Notes: generated by a model not told the origin, from the sequence alone. DNA of 64,000 bases from Terriglobia bacterium (GCA_965218585.1 CBDCLE010000025.1:1-64000); one strand, 5' to 3'; counted from the first letter of the stretch, positions 50,146-61,161 are shown. Program-made: numbers and translations.

Positions 50146-50912
50146 ATCTCCTGCTGGGTGCGATGACCTTATGGCAACGCGAGTTAGTGCGCTTCTTCCG
50201 CCAACGAAGCAGGATTGTGGGTGCCCTGGGATCCCCTTTGGTCTTCTGGCTCTTACTAGGTTCTGGCGTCGGTCGCTCCTTCAGCCTGCCCTCACCGGAG
50301 GGCACAATGAACTACATGGAATACTTTTTCCCGGGGACCGTCGTTCTGATCCTTTTGTTCACTGCGATTTTCGCGACGATTTCGATAATCGAGGATCGAA
50401 GAGAAGGTTTCCTTCAATCGGTCCTCGTCGCGCCGATTCCCCGCACAACTATCGTCCTTGGGAAGGTGGCAGGGTCGACTACGCTGGCTCTGATTCAGGG
50501 AACGTTGTTCCTGATTCTTGCGCCGCTGGTGATCGGGGTCTCGCCGGCTGCTGTATTGATAACGCTTGTCATCCTTGGGCTGGTGGCCTTCGGATTGACT
50601 GCGCTCGGATACGTCATCGCCTGGAGTCTAGACTCGACTCAGGGATTTCACGCGATAATGAATCTGTTTCTGATTCCTTTGTGGCTGCTGTCGGGTGCGG
50701 TTTTTCCCGCGAGCGGCGCTCCCGGCTGGCTACAATGGGTCATTGGTGTGAACCCCCTCACCTATGGAGTCGCTGCTGTTCGCTGGAGCCTATACGGCGG
50801 CCCCACGTATGCAGCTCTCGGGGGGCCGACGCCGGGTACGTCACTGACAGTTATCATCGCCTTCGGAGCTGCGATGTTCGTAGCAGCCCTTGCGGTAACG
50901 CATCGGCGCTGA
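50142..50912 (+). CDS. ABC-2 type permease
   Basis: 6 TM segments, DRREGFL...LVAP and NPLTYGV. Confidence 0.9.
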   Translation: MNLLLGAMTLWQRELVRFFRQRSRIVGALGSPLVFWLLLGSGVGRSFSLPSPEGTMNYMEYFFPGTVVLILLFTAIFATISIIEDRREGFLQSVLVAPIPRTTIVLGKVAGSTTLALIQGTLFLILAPLVIGVSPAAVLITLVILGLVAFGLTALGYVIAWSLDSTQGFHAIMNLFLIPLWLLSGAVFPASGAPGWLQWVIGVNPLTYGVAAVRWSLYGGPTYAALGGPTPGTSLTVIIAFGAAMFVAALAVTHRR

Positions 50913-50960
50913 CAGTGGCCACACATATTGGTGATCTCCATTTTTGAGGAGGAGTCTTAG

Positions 50961-51563
50961 ATGTTCCGTTTACCTCACTGGTCGTCGATATTCGCTATGG
51001 CGATCGTAGTCTCAGGGATCGGCATGATAGTCGTTCTCGACTCGATGGACAGCGATGAACCGCTAAACGATTTCGGCAGCATCCCTGACTTCGAACTGAT
51101 TGAACGGAGCGGGGAAACAGTCACTTTGAGCGACTTGACAGGTGAGATCTGGATCGCAAATCTGATCTTCACACACTGTGCAGGCACTTGCCCCATGATG
51201 ACCGTCCAGATGCGCGCACTCGGGAATCTCTTGCCAGAGAACGTAAGGTTGGTTTCGATTACCGTGGATCCCAACAGGGATACCCCTGAAGTCCTTAGCG
51301 AATACGCTGCGCTTCACGGCGCAGGGGCAGATTGGTTCTTCCTGACCGGAGAAAGGGACGAGATCTATCGCTTGGCCCAGGAAGGATTTCATCTGGCAGT
51401 GGACGACACAGTCGGAACCGAGATCGAACCCATCACCCACAGCACACGCTTCGTACTCGTGGACCAGCAGGGACAGATTCGGAACTACTACGACGGAACC
51501 ACAAAGGAGTCGCACGATCTCATCCAGCAGGACGTCGGAACTCTTCTCGACAGGGCCGGCTAG
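50961..51563 (+). CDS. SCO family copper chaperone
   Basis: FTHCAGTCP, SITVDP-RDTP and HSTRFVLVD. Confidence 0.92.
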   Translation: MFRLPHWSSIFAMAIVVSGIGMIVVLDSMDSDEPLNDFGSIPDFELIERSGETVTLSDLTGEIWIANLIFTHCAGTCPMMTVQMRALGNLLPENVRLVSITVDPNRDTPEVLSEYAALHGAGADWFFLTGERDEIYRLAQEGFHLAVDDTVGTEIEPITHSTRFVLVDQQGQIRNYYDGTTKESHDLIQQDVGTLLDRAG

Positions 51564-51565
51564 GA

Positions 51566-51979
51566 GTGGACTTCACAGACCTTCCTGCGCTCAATGCGTT
51601 GTTGAACTTCACGAGCGGAATCCTGGTATCGGCCGGCGTCTACTTCGTATACAAGAAGATGACGGCTGCTCACAAAGCCTGCATGGTCGCTGCCGTTGCC
51701 GTCTCTTCGCTATTCCTGACTTCGTATCTCGTCTACCACTACCAGGTTGGTTCTGTGAGTTTCGAGCGGGAGGGATTCATTCGAGCGGTGTACTTCTCGA
51801 TCCTGTTAACTCATACGGTTCTGGCTGTAGCTGTGGTTCCGCTGGTGCTTCGGGCTGTCTATCTGGCTCTCCGGGGGCAGCTTGAAAAGCATCGCCGAAT
51901 TGTTCGCTGGACATACCCTGTCTGGATATACGTCTCCGTCACTGGCGTCGTCGTCTACCTGATGCTCTATCAGCTGTGA
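51566..51979 (+). CDS. DUF420 (CtaM-like) membrane protein
   Basis: LPALNALLN, HKACM, FLTSYLVYH and WIYVSVTGVVVYLMLY. Confidence 0.85.
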   Translation: MDFTDLPALNALLNFTSGILVSAGVYFVYKKMTAAHKACMVAAVAVSSLFLTSYLVYHYQVGSVSFEREGFIRAVYFSILLTHTVLAVAVVPLVLRAVYLALRGQLEKHRRIVRWTYPVWIYVSVTGVVVYLMLYQL

Positions 51980-51993
51980 AAATCGGGGTTTAA

Positions 51994-52075
51994 CCGAGAG
52001 ACACAGAGGACGCGGAGGACACCGAACACAATGGATATTGAACTCTGCGACCTCTGCGCCTTCGCGCCTCTGCGT
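51994..52075. repeat. Imperfect intergenic palindrome with ~9-nt periodic arms between convergent genes
   Basis: CAGAGGACGCGGAGGAC...CTCTGCGACCTCTGCGCC...CTCTGCG. Confidence 0.5.
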
Positions 52076-52093
52076 TTGGATTTTTTCGCCTAA

Positions 52094-54865
52094 TTAATTG
52101 TTGCCCAGGGTTACTTCTTGGGCTGAACCGTAGTAGATACCGTTGAAGAGGAACTTGAACGTTCCATGGGATTGAGCCCGAAACGCGATTTCCGGACCAA
52201 ACAAGAACAGCTTTCCTTCACCCACGGTGGCATCGATGATGGCGACACTGTTTTCAAGGTAACCCTCACCCCACGCCCAGCCGCTTCTAAGAGAATCCTC
52301 ACCAAACCACGCAACGGGTTCGATCTCTTGCTCGGCCGCCTCCGGATCCAACTTGAACGCTGGACTGCCGCTGAAAACCACGTCGGCCTCGGGGCTGAGC
52401 CCGAACGCGAGAGGGTTATCGTTGTTGACCTGCACCCTCAGGAGGGACCCCGGTATAAAGAATCTCTCAGAAGTGAGCGCCTGCTCATCCCCGTTGGGAA
52501 CTCTCTCAACGAGGGCATCAGAGACTGGCAGACCGAGATGCTCGGCCAGCGCCGTCGACTGGCCGATCGTCAGAATCGTTCCGCCGGATTCCAGAAACTC
52601 ACGGAGTCGGGGTACCGTTTCAGCGAGCGTTACCTCTCCCAGTTGATTCGAATACTGCTCGGGGATACCTGCAGTCCCAACCGATAGGCTGTCGCTTGCA
52701 CTCTCTTCGGACGGTATCCCATCGTCAACGAAGATCAAGACGTCGAACTGGGAGGTAAGATTGCCTCGATCGAGCCGTTGGGGATAGACGACCTCAAAGG
52801 GAAACTCGAAGTTCTCCAAAAGGAAACGGGTCCAACCCGAAGAGGTAGAACCGCCATAACGGTCCCAGAGGCCCACGCGCACCTCCCCCAGCTCCAACGC
52901 TTCGACGGCCGGTTCCGTTGCAGTTGCGTCAAAAACAAGCCCCAGGTCCTCGACCAGCGGTCCCAATCGCTCTGCCGTGTCTGGTCCAGCCTCTATGTAC
53001 ATCGCTCCAACCGGATACGTTTTACCGTTTGCATCGACCGGTGCACGCAGCCAATGAACACTTTCGCCATCCTTCAAGAGCCGGTTTACGGCGATGAAGG
53101 CATCGTTCACTTGATGGCTCAGAAAAAATCCGCGCGCCTGAGGTAATTCTCGGATTTCTCCGTTGGGCGTGTCGGCCAATCCTTCGATCTGTTCAAACGG
53201 CCCGTCGAAACCTTCCAACACGCGGTCAAACTCGACCCTCATCTGGTAAGCGAGAGTCCACCCTGTCGTATCGTACGGAGCGGTCGGCGGCGCGCCGGGA
53301 AAAGCGAAATCATCGGGATGGTCCTGAGGCTCGAACATGTCCAGGACGTGCGGACGGAATGCCTGGGCCGTCTTGACGATATAAGAACCTTCCGGGTAGG
53401 ATTGCCCCAGGACTTCGAAATCGCTGACCGCGCGATAGACTGAGACGCCGTTCTTGATCAACACATTGACGAACTTCGTTGCGGTCAGAAAGTCGGGTTG
53501 ACCCGAAGAGATGACGTAACCTCTGGCATCCCTCAAGTCGGGATCCCGGAGCATCTCAAAGTATTTCGGGTCCTGCTCGTCGAGGCCATCGGGAGAGTCG
53601 GCACCGTCAGCCCGCACTTCGGCGTCGACCAGGGACACGCGGGCGGGAGTTGTCGTCCAACTGTCCCGGCTACCGCGCTCGATGGAATTCATCCCCATCC
53701 GCCAGATGTTGAACAACAGCGTATCTCTATATCGCGAAGCAACGTCCAGAACGGCTCGGTTCGCCGTCATCGAGTACTCAACGGACTGACGGAAATGCCA
53801 GATCTGCGGTTCGATCGGAGACGGATAGTCTCCCTCAGGCAGTTGCCTCTCGACAACGAACGGAATCTCTTCCGGAGTGGGACTCCCGATCGATTCGGTC
53901 AAGAGCCCGATCATGTTGTGGAAGTATGGGCTCGTTCTCAACCCGCCGTTCCACCATGTGGAGTACGTCGCGCCCGATCGCATGGTTGCGCCGGACTTCC
54001 CCTCCGCCAGAAAACGGCTATGCATGGCTCCCGCAACAAGATCGAGGCTTGTCACGACCAAGGGATCATAGTGGTAGTTGAATGGATCCCGGAAGGGCGG
54101 CGCAAACAGAACTGTTCCGCGTGGACCTCTTTGATGGTGGTTGTAGACGATCTGAGGAAACCACTCCCGGTAAAGAACCTGATTGATCGCTTCGGTTTCC
54201 GGTTGAGAGGACATGTAAAAATCACGATTGTTGTCGTGGCCTGTGTACTTCTGGTAAAGCCTCGGCAAATCGGACGCCGAGCGTTCTTCGGGATCAGATT
54301 CACGCATGTACCAGTCGGCCACCAACTCCAGACCATCTGGATTGACGCATGTCGCCAAAAGTATCGTGTCATCTAGAAACCGGAGCGTTTCGTCGTCGGT
54401 GTGACTGACCATCTGGTAAACAAGCTCCATCAGCTGTTGGGCTCCCAGCATCTCAGTCGCATGGAGTCCACCGTCAATCCACACGACGGAACGGCCCTCC
54501 CCGGCCAGCTCTCGCGCGTCATCCTCTGAGAGGCCTTCGGCCAGAGCCAGACGCCGCGAAATGTCCTTGTAGCGATCCAGGCTTCGATGGTTTTCTGGTG
54601 AAGTGATGACGGCCATGTAGATCGGCCGTCCCTCTGCGGTGGTGCCGATGACCTCAAGCGTCATCCGGTCGGATTCCGAAGCCAGTTTCTGCCAGTACGC
54701 CTCCAACTGCGTGTAATTTGCAAGCTGGTAGTCGTCGCCCAGACTGAACCCGAATTGTTCCAGGGGAGTCGTAATCTCGCTCTGGGCAAAGGCATTAGCC
54801 GACGTCAGAAGGCAAGTCAGAAGGAGCGTGATTCGAGTGACGTGGACAAACCTCCGATTCAACAT
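52094..54865 (-). CDS. Secreted M14 zinc carboxypeptidase-family protein
   Basis: Signal peptide, DGGLHATE, NPDG, DNNRD and NHHQ motifs. Confidence 0.88.
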   Translation of the reverse strand: MLNRRFVHVTRITLLLTCLLTSANAFAQSEITTPLEQFGFSLGDDYQLANYTQLEAYWQKLASESDRMTLEVIGTTAEGRPIYMAVITSPENHRSLDRYKDISRRLALAEGLSEDDARELAGEGRSVVWIDGGLHATEMLGAQQLMELVYQMVSHTDDETLRFLDDTILLATCVNPDGLELVADWYMRESDPEERSASDLPRLYQKYTGHDNNRDFYMSSQPETEAINQVLYREWFPQIVYNHHQRGPRGTVLFAPPFRDPFNYHYDPLVVTSLDLVAGAMHSRFLAEGKSGATMRSGATYSTWWNGGLRTSPYFHNMIGLLTESIGSPTPEEIPFVVERQLPEGDYPSPIEPQIWHFRQSVEYSMTANRAVLDVASRYRDTLLFNIWRMGMNSIERGSRDSWTTTPARVSLVDAEVRADGADSPDGLDEQDPKYFEMLRDPDLRDARGYVISSGQPDFLTATKFVNVLIKNGVSVYRAVSDFEVLGQSYPEGSYIVKTAQAFRPHVLDMFEPQDHPDDFAFPGAPPTAPYDTTGWTLAYQMRVEFDRVLEGFDGPFEQIEGLADTPNGEIRELPQARGFFLSHQVNDAFIAVNRLLKDGESVHWLRAPVDANGKTYPVGAMYIEAGPDTAERLGPLVEDLGLVFDATATEPAVEALELGEVRVGLWDRYGGSTSSGWTRFLLENFEFPFEVVYPQRLDRGNLTSQFDVLIFVDDGIPSEESASDSLSVGTAGIPEQYSNQLGEVTLAETVPRLREFLESGGTILTIGQSTALAEHLGLPVSDALVERVPNGDEQALTSERFFIPGSLLRVQVNNDNPLAFGLSPEADVVFSGSPAFKLDPEAAEQEIEPVAWFGEDSLRSGWAWGEGYLENSVAIIDATVGEGKLFLFGPEIAFRAQSHGTFKFLFNGIYYGSAQEVTLGNN

Positions 54866-55000
54866 GGACCCCCCTCGAGAATAGTTCGCGAATCTATTAA
54901 TTGTAAGAACTTGTGACCCGGCGAACCACCCAAATGTGCTAAAAGAATAGAGTCGCTTGCTGCGGGTCGTGTATTGATCCAGCCTTCAAGTCAGGACACT

Positions 55001-55303
55001 ATGCCGTTCGACCCCACTCTTCGACAGATAATTGCTACCTTCCGACGTTCCCCGGAATGGGACCAGCAGTTGGACCTGCGCTTGCTCCAGAGCCTCTGGC
55101 CCAAACTCGTCGGCGAATCGCTGGCCGAAGCAACGTCGGCCGTAGCGATCGACGGCACGCGGGTGATCATTCGAGTACCGGATCCGACGTGGAAACGTCA
55201 ACTCCTGTCTATCAAGAACTGGCTCATACGGCGAATGAATGAACCATGGCCGAACGGATGGATCACTGATATCGGATTTATCTATGAAGATAAACGCAAC
55301 TGA
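55001..55303 (+). CDS. DUF721/DciA-family protein
   Basis: WPKLVGESLAEAT...VIIRVPDPTWKRQL pattern. Confidence 0.75.
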   Translation: MPFDPTLRQIIATFRRSPEWDQQLDLRLLQSLWPKLVGESLAEATSAVAIDGTRVIIRVPDPTWKRQLLSIKNWLIRRMNEPWPNGWITDIGFIYEDKRN

Positions 55304-55559
55304 CGTCGCCTACGTCGCCCAGCTGGCTAACCTTGAAGTCGCTGAGGAAGAGAGGGAAGAGCTCGCAACCCAACTCAGCCGGATAGTCGAGTACGTCGAA
55401 CTTCTCAATAAGCTCGATACCGAAGACGTCGAACCAACCGCTCAAGTCGTCACACGCGAAACGCACGCCGAACGTGAAGACCGGGTCGAATCTCGAACCG
55501 GAAGCTCCGAAGCAGCCAAGACGGTCGGGTTATTCAATGTGCCCAGAGTAATCGGCTAG
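55284..55559 (+). CDS. gatC: Asp/Glu-tRNA amidotransferase subunit C
   Basis: DVAYVAQLANL...IVEYVELLNKLDTEDVEPT...FNVPRVI, directly before gatA. Confidence 0.9.
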   Translation: MKINATDVAYVAQLANLEVAEEEREELATQLSRIVEYVELLNKLDTEDVEPTAQVVTRETHAEREDRVESRTGSSEAAKTVGLFNVPRVIG

Positions 55560-55561
55560 AG

Positions 55562-57004
55562 ATGAACCTGGCAGAAATAACTGCAGATGCTCTTGTCGAA
55601 AAGTACAAGAAGCGCGAAGTAAAAGTGCAGGACGTTATCGAAGGCGTCTTGGAAGAGATCGACCGCGTCGATCCAGACCTCGGAGCCTTCGTCCAGACGC
55701 GCAGGGAATCAGCACTGGAAGAGGCCCTTGCCCTCGACGAGACGATCGCGACCGGAGGGTCGCTCCCGCCGCTGGCAGGTGTCCCGGTCGCCGTAAAAGA
55801 CAACATGAACATCCGGGGAATTCGAACCACTTGCGGTTCGAAGATTCTTGAAGGGTATGTTCCTCCGTACACCTCGACCGCGGTGGACCGTCTGCAGCAG
55901 GCCGGCGCCATCGTCGTCGGAAAAACAAACATGGACGAGTTCGCCATGGGTTCGTCTACGGAGAACTCTGCTTTCTTTCCCACTCGCAACCCTCATGGCC
56001 GCGACCGCGTTCCCGGAGGCTCCAGTGGGGGCTCGGCAGCTGCAGTCGCGGCGGGACTGGCCAGCCTGTCACTCGGATCGGATACTGGGGGATCGATACG
56101 GCAGCCCGCCTCGTTTTGCGGAGTCGTGGGATTTAAACCCACCTACGGACGTGTCTCCCGCTACGGGCTAGTTGCCTTCGGGTCCTCGCTCGATCAAATC
56201 GGTCCGTTTTCCAAAACCGTTCGTGAGTCCGCCGACGTCCTGGAAGCCATATGCGGCTTCGATCCGCTGGATTCTACGTCTGCAGGCGTAGGAGCCGGTG
56301 AATGGGTTGGCAAGATTGACGAGACAGCCCGCGGCGTGCGTATCGGCATACCTAAAGAATACTTTGTTGACGGCATGAACGCCGAAGTCAGCAGTAAGAT
56401 TCAAGCAGGAATAGCAGCACTGGAGAAACTGGGTTGCGAGCTGAAGGAGGTCAGCCTGCCGCATACCGAATATGCCGTGGCCACCTATTATCTAATCGCG
56501 ACCGCTGAAGCCAGCTCCAACCTTGCCCGTTACGACGGAGTGCGCTATGGACTCCGCGTGCCAAGCGATTCGCTCCAGGAGATGTATCGTCGAACCCGTA
56601 TGCGAGGATTCGGAAGCGAAGTCAAACGACGCATCCTGCTGGGCACCTACGCTCTGAGTACCGGTTACTACGACGCCTATTACCTGAAAGCACAGAAGGT
56701 ACGTACTTTGATACTCAAAGATTTCCAGGATGCATTCGAGGAAGTGGACCTCCTTGTGACGCCTACCACTCCCACAACTGCTTTCAAGATCGGAGAGAAA
56801 ACAGATGATCCTCTCTCGATGTACCTGTCCGACATTTTCACGCTCACCTGTAATCTTGCGGGTCTTCCCGGAATTTCGGTCCCCTGCGGAAAAGACGCCA
56901 GCGGGATGCCGATAGGCATGCAGCTACTGGGGCAACATTTCGAGGAAGGCAAGCTGTTGCGTGTCGCCCATCAGTTTGAACAGGCTGGCGGATTCGTGCT
57001 ATGA
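55562..57004 (+). CDS. gatA: Asp/Glu-tRNA amidotransferase subunit A
   Basis: [28 protein letters not shown] and EVKRRILLG. Confidence 0.96.
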   Translation: MNLAEITADALVEKYKKREVKVQDVIEGVLEEIDRVDPDLGAFVQTRRESALEEALALDETIATGGSLPPLAGVPVAVKDNMNIRGIRTTCGSKILEGYVPPYTSTAVDRLQQAGAIVVGKTNMDEFAMGSSTENSAFFPTRNPHGRDRVPGGSSGGSAAAVAAGLASLSLGSDTGGSIRQPASFCGVVGFKPTYGRVSRYGLVAFGSSLDQIGPFSKTVRESADVLEAICGFDPLDSTSAGVGAGEWVGKIDETARGVRIGIPKEYFVDGMNAEVSSKIQAGIAALEKLGCELKEVSLPHTEYAVATYYLIATAEASSNLARYDGVRYGLRVPSDSLQEMYRRTRMRGFGSEVKRRILLGTYALSTGYYDAYYLKAQKVRTLILKDFQDAFEEVDLLVTPTTPTTAFKIGEKTDDPLSMYLSDIFTLTCNLAGLPGISVPCGKDASGMPIGMQLLGQHFEEGKLLRVAHQFEQAGGFVL

Positions 57005-57570
57005 CCCGGCCGGTCAAAACAATCTGTCTGCGAATATTCCTCCTGGCCGTCACCATCGTGGTCGCAATGCAGATTTCCGCACAGGCACAGGGTGTGGACG
57101 CAGACATGATTGCAGTCGTAGACCTTCAGCGCGCGATTGAAGGAACATCTGACTTCGAGGAAGCGGCCCAGGAGTGGACCCTGGCCATGACTGCACAGAC
57201 CGGGGGCCTGTCGGCTAAGCAGGAGGAGCTCCGGCAAGCTGAAGACAGACTCGCGAACGGGGAAGAAAACTTGACTGACCGTGCGCGCACCGAGTTGGGT
57301 CGAACAATCGATCGATTGCAAAGAGAATTCGATCGGATGAACACGGACATTCAAAATGATTTGAACAGTCTCAGGGAACAACTCATTCTTCCGATCACCG
57401 TGAAAGTCGATCAGGCAGTACGCACATTCGCCGAAGAAAACGATCTTCTTCTTGTCCTCGACGTTTCAAACCCCCAAGTAGGGCTCGTTCTGACGAACCG
57501 CACGGTCGATATCACCGACACAATCATCCGCCAAATCGAGAAGTCTCCGGCATCCGAAGACGTTCCTTAG
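57001..57570 (+). CDS. OmpH/Skp periplasmic chaperone
   Basis: Signal peptide, IAVVDLQR, coiled coil and DITDTII. Confidence 0.8.
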   Translation: MTRPVKTICLRIFLLAVTIVVAMQISAQAQGVDADMIAVVDLQRAIEGTSDFEEAAQEWTLAMTAQTGGLSAKQEELRQAEDRLANGEENLTDRARTELGRTIDRLQREFDRMNTDIQNDLNSLREQLILPITVKVDQAVRTFAEENDLLLVLDVSNPQVGLVLTNRTVDITDTIIRQIEKSPASEDVP

Positions 57571-57613
57571 AGAGGTGGCTCTGTCTTTTTCGAGGTCGCC
57601 TATCGGTGAAAGC

Positions 57614-57802
57614 ATGAAGAAGATTCTGACTATAGCGGGCATCTTACTCGTACTCATGGGGAGCATCTGGTTTCTCCAGGGCATCAACATCCTGCCAGGA
57701 AGTTTCATGACCGGCCAGATTGAATGGGCTGTCTATGGCGGCATCGCGACAGCCGGCGGCATCGGCCTGATCCTGGCTGGCAGGCGTAAGAACGTTCCGT
57801 AA
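57614..57802 (+). CDS. Small 2-TM membrane protein
   Basis: MKKILTIAG...WFLQGINILPGSFMTG...W. Confidence 0.65.
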   Translation: MKKILTIAGILLVLMGSIWFLQGINILPGSFMTGQIEWAVYGGIATAGGIGLILAGRRKNVP

Positions 57803-57856
57803 TGACCCAGAATCCAAGAACTACATCCGGAAATGAGACGCAAAAGGGAAGAGACT

Positions 57857-58297
57857 ATGCAACCCGACATCGCTATCAATTACCTGGCTATCGCTCTCTG
57901 CGTCCTGGTTGCAATGCCCGCGGGCTTTCTCTGGTTCGGCCCCCTGTTCGGAAAGCCCTGGGCAAAGCAGATGGGGATGGCGGACGTGCCTCAACCGAAC
58001 AGTGCTGAAATGGCCAGATCCATGCTCCTGTTTGCTGGTGGATCCCTGCTCATCGCGTGGGTGCTCGCCCACGGAATTGCTGTGTGGCGACCTTCTTCCT
58101 GGAATGCAGGAATCGACGAAGCTGGATGGGTTTATGGTCTCAACGGAGCGTTCTGGACCTGGTTAGGTTTCTTCCTTCCGCTCCAACTCGGACGCATCGC
58201 GTGGGAGTAAAAAGGCTGGACCCTGGTGGCAATCAACGCGAGTTTCGATCTGACACGCCTGGTGCTGTTCGGCCTCATATTGTCCTATTGGAGGTAG
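57857..58297 (+). pseudogene. DUF1761-family membrane protein with in-frame TAA
   Basis: INYLAI, GFLWFGPLFGKPW. After TAA 58208-58210 the frame continues KGWTLVAINASFDL...SYWR. Confidence 0.72.
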
Positions 58298-58632
58298 CGC
58301 GATGGGCACGCGGGAGGCTCTTTATGTCTCAAAGCCCCACCGCCTCAGTTGGAACCAGGAATACCGCCTCTACGCTGATCGCATTGAACTGAGAGCAAAG
58401 ATATTGCTCTGCACGCTGCGGATTCCTCTGGAAAGGGTTGTCGAGATCACGGTTCGGCCAAAACCGGCGGCAGTTGATTTCCTCAGCCGCCCTGTGGAAA
58501 CCTTGTGGTAATGACCCGAATAGCGTAGCTACCGAATTGCTAAGGATGAGGAAACACATCGAAGCCGACTATCTTGAGGTCCTTCGAACACGCGCATGAC
58601 CGCATCGGACGGAAGGCATTCGATCCGGCCAG

Positions 58633-59160
58633 TTGAGGAGTTCGACTTTGGCTACCGATAATCCATCTTCGTTCAGCATCAGACCGGGCACAGAAAAAGA
58701 CGTGGACGTCATTCTGGATCTGATCAGGGGACTCGCAGAATTCGAAAAGCTGTCGGACCAGGTAAAGGCAACGCCCCAGAGGCTCAGGGATACCCTTTTC
58801 AGCCCTCACCCGGGGGCAGAAGTCATTATTGGATACGCAGGTGACCAGCCCGTCGGGTTCGCGCTTTTCTTCTCGACGTATTCTACCTTTCTCGGCCTCC
58901 CGGGACTCTATCTGGAAGACCTGTTCGTGCTACCGGAATGGAGGAGCCGCGGACTGGGACACCGTCTTCTGACTCACCTCGCGAGCATTGCCGTAGAAAG
59001 AGGCTATGGACGAATGGAATGGTCTGTCCTGGATTGGAACGAATCGGCGATTCGCCTCTACCGAAACCTCGGAGCCCAACCGATGGATGACTGGACTCTT
59101 TACCGCCTGACGGGTGAATCGCTCCAGGCACTCGCTTCAGACGCTATTTCTAATGCGTAA
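58633..59160 (+). CDS. GNAT N-acetyltransferase (SSAT-like)
   Basis: LAEFEK, YSTFLG, LYLEDLFV, RSRGLG and EWSVLDWN. Confidence 0.9.
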   Translation: MRSSTLATDNPSSFSIRPGTEKDVDVILDLIRGLAEFEKLSDQVKATPQRLRDTLFSPHPGAEVIIGYAGDQPVGFALFFSTYSTFLGLPGLYLEDLFVLPEWRSRGLGHRLLTHLASIAVERGYGRMEWSVLDWNESAIRLYRNLGAQPMDDWTLYRLTGESLQALASDAISNA

Positions 59161-59186
59161 TCTTTGTCTTATCGAGGTAATCCGCG

Positions 59187-59750
59187 ATGACAGAAACCAA
59201 GGGTAGTTCCGATATCGATTTCGGGCCATTGACCGGTCTGATCGGCCGATGGGAAGGGAACAAAGGAATGGACGTCGCCCCGGAACCTGAAGGAATTGAG
59301 GAAAACCCATTCTACGAAACCATAATATTCTCTGAGGTTGGCGGTGTTCGGAACGCCGAATCTCAGGACCTGGTTGCTCTTCACTACCATCAGGTAGTCA
59401 GCCGGAAATCAGACAGCGAGGTCTTTCACAACGAAACAGGCTACTGGATGTGGGACCGAGCAGAAGGCGTGATCATGCATTCACTGGCAATCCCTCGTGC
59501 GGTCTCGGTTCTTGCAGGTGGAAAATTCAAAAGCGGGACTCCAGTCGTCTTCGACGTGGCGGCCCGGTTGGACGATCCCGACTGGGGAATTATTCAGTCA
59601 CCCTTCATGCGGGACAAGGCCCGAACACTCGAATTCAGGCACACAGTCACCTTGGATGGAGATAAACTCGGCTATTCTGAAACCACAGTCCTCGACATCT
59701 ATGGGCGGACTTTCGAACACACCGACCAGAACGAATTGACGCGTAGCTAG
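59187..59750 (+). CDS. Nitrobindin/FABP-like heme-binding beta-barrel (DUF1794-type)
   Basis: GPLTGLIGRWEG, FHNETGYWMW and C-terminal FEHTD. Confidence 0.78.
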   Translation: MTETKGSSDIDFGPLTGLIGRWEGNKGMDVAPEPEGIEENPFYETIIFSEVGGVRNAESQDLVALHYHQVVSRKSDSEVFHNETGYWMWDRAEGVIMHSLAIPRAVSVLAGGKFKSGTPVVFDVAARLDDPDWGIIQSPFMRDKARTLEFRHTVTLDGDKLGYSETTVLDIYGRTFEHTDQNELTRS

Positions 59751-59921
59751 TATGAGCTACCGGCGGCGACGGGGAGGACATTTGATGAATCGTGCAGGAA
59801 CCTGGCTTTTGGCACTGCTGTGGGTTGCATTCGCCGTTGCCACCTATCTGACGAGCCTCCGGGCCGAGGACCAGAGGTCCACCCTACCCTCGGCCCAAAC
59901 TCACTCACAGGAGTTCTGACA

Positions 59922-60587
59922 TTGTTCGTCGGTCATCTGGCTGTATCCTTTGGAGCAAAGGCTCTTGAGCCCAAAGCCCCACTTTCTGCTCTCATTGCTG
60001 CGAGCTTCGGACTTGACCTTTTGTGGCCCCTTCTCGTAATCACAGGAATAGAAGTCGTGTCCGTGGAGCCAGGAAACACGACGTTTACGCCACTCGCGTT
60101 TGTTTCTTATCCGTGGTCACACAGTCTTCTCTTCGCTATTTTCTGGGGTGTGGCGGCGGCGGGCCTGACCTTTGGCCTGATGCGAAACCAACGGGTGGGG
60201 GTTCTTATCGGCGCAGTCGTGGTCACGCACTGGATTCTCGACTTCGTCACGCACCGACCCGATCTTCCGTTGTGGCCAGGTGGGCCCGAGGTCGGGCTGG
60301 GCCTGTGGAACTCTGTCGTTGCCACACTTATTCTTGAGGGTGGGTTCTTCCTCACGTGTGTCGTCATGTTCATTCGGGCTTCGGCGGCTCTTGACCGCAC
60401 CGGCAATTGGTCTCTCTGGGCGCTCGTCCTCCTGACCGGTCTTATCTGGGCAACCCAGCCCTGGTCGCCGCCACCGCCGGGTTCGAATGCGGTTGCCGGC
60501 GTTGCGCTGATTCTGTGGCTGCTCCCGCTCTGGGGCCGCTGGATCGAGGCTCACCACCAGATACCTGCCCATCGTTCACTTCCGTAA
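59922..60587 (+). CDS. Membrane metal-dependent hydrolase-like protein
   Basis: TTG start MFVGH, DLLWP, YPWSHSL and HWILDFVTHRPDLP. Confidence 0.75.
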   Translation: MFVGHLAVSFGAKALEPKAPLSALIAASFGLDLLWPLLVITGIEVVSVEPGNTTFTPLAFVSYPWSHSLLFAIFWGVAAAGLTFGLMRNQRVGVLIGAVVVTHWILDFVTHRPDLPLWPGGPEVGLGLWNSVVATLILEGGFFLTCVVMFIRASAALDRTGNWSLWALVLLTGLIWATQPWSPPPPGSNAVAGVALILWLLPLWGRWIEAHHQIPAHRSLP

Positions 60588-60606
60588 ATCAAAGAAAGGA
60601 AAACAT

Positions 60607-61161
60607 ATGAAAACCGCACTGATTCTTGTCGATATTCAGAACGACTATTTTACCGGTGGACAGATGGAACTTGTCGGGATGGACGAAGCCAGCACGAAGG
60701 CTGGACAGTTGTTATCCTATTTTCGCGAGAACGAACTGTCCACTATTCACGTCCAGCACATCGCAACAAACCCTGATCTCGGCTTCTTTCTTCCCGACAC
60801 CGAGGGAGTTGAACTGCATGAAAGCATCAAACCCCTGCCGGGAGAAACCATCGTTCAGAAACACTTTCCGAATTCCTTCAGGGAAACAACCCTTGCGGAA
60901 GAACTCGGGAAAGCGAAAATTGATCGCGTTGTGATCTGTGGTGCGATGAGTCACATGTGCATCGACGCTACAACGCGGGCGGCAGCCGACTCGGGACTTG
61001 AATGCGTGCTCGTCCACGACACCTGCGCAACACGTGACCTCGAGTTTGAAGGCCGAACCATACCCGCCCAGGAAGTGCATGACTCTTTCATGGCATCGCT
61101 GGGATGAGCCTACGCCAAGACGCTCACACTGGACGAGTTCGTATCTCAGTCAACGACATAG
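60607..61161 (+). pseudogene. Isochorismatase/cysteine hydrolase with in-frame TGA near the C-terminus
   Basis: VDIQNDYF, K-x2-PNSF and GAMSHMCIDAT. After TGA 61105-61107 the frame continues AYAKTLTLDEFVSQSTT. Confidence 0.78.

Noticed and set aside
58302-58632. 69-aa ORF and following spacer as a functional gene
   Set aside because: No recognisable motif and it looks like a truncated remnant, so it cannot be supported.
7456-61107. Genome-wide reassignment of TGA to Trp or Gly
   Set aside because: TGG is used for Trp throughout, many intact genes end in TGA with ATGA overlaps (frdB, DHH, gatA), and an internal TAA also occurs.
57575-61161. Integron-like cassette array of small co-oriented genes
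   Set aside because: No attC-type RYYYAAC...GTTRRRY palindromes between the genes and no integrase.
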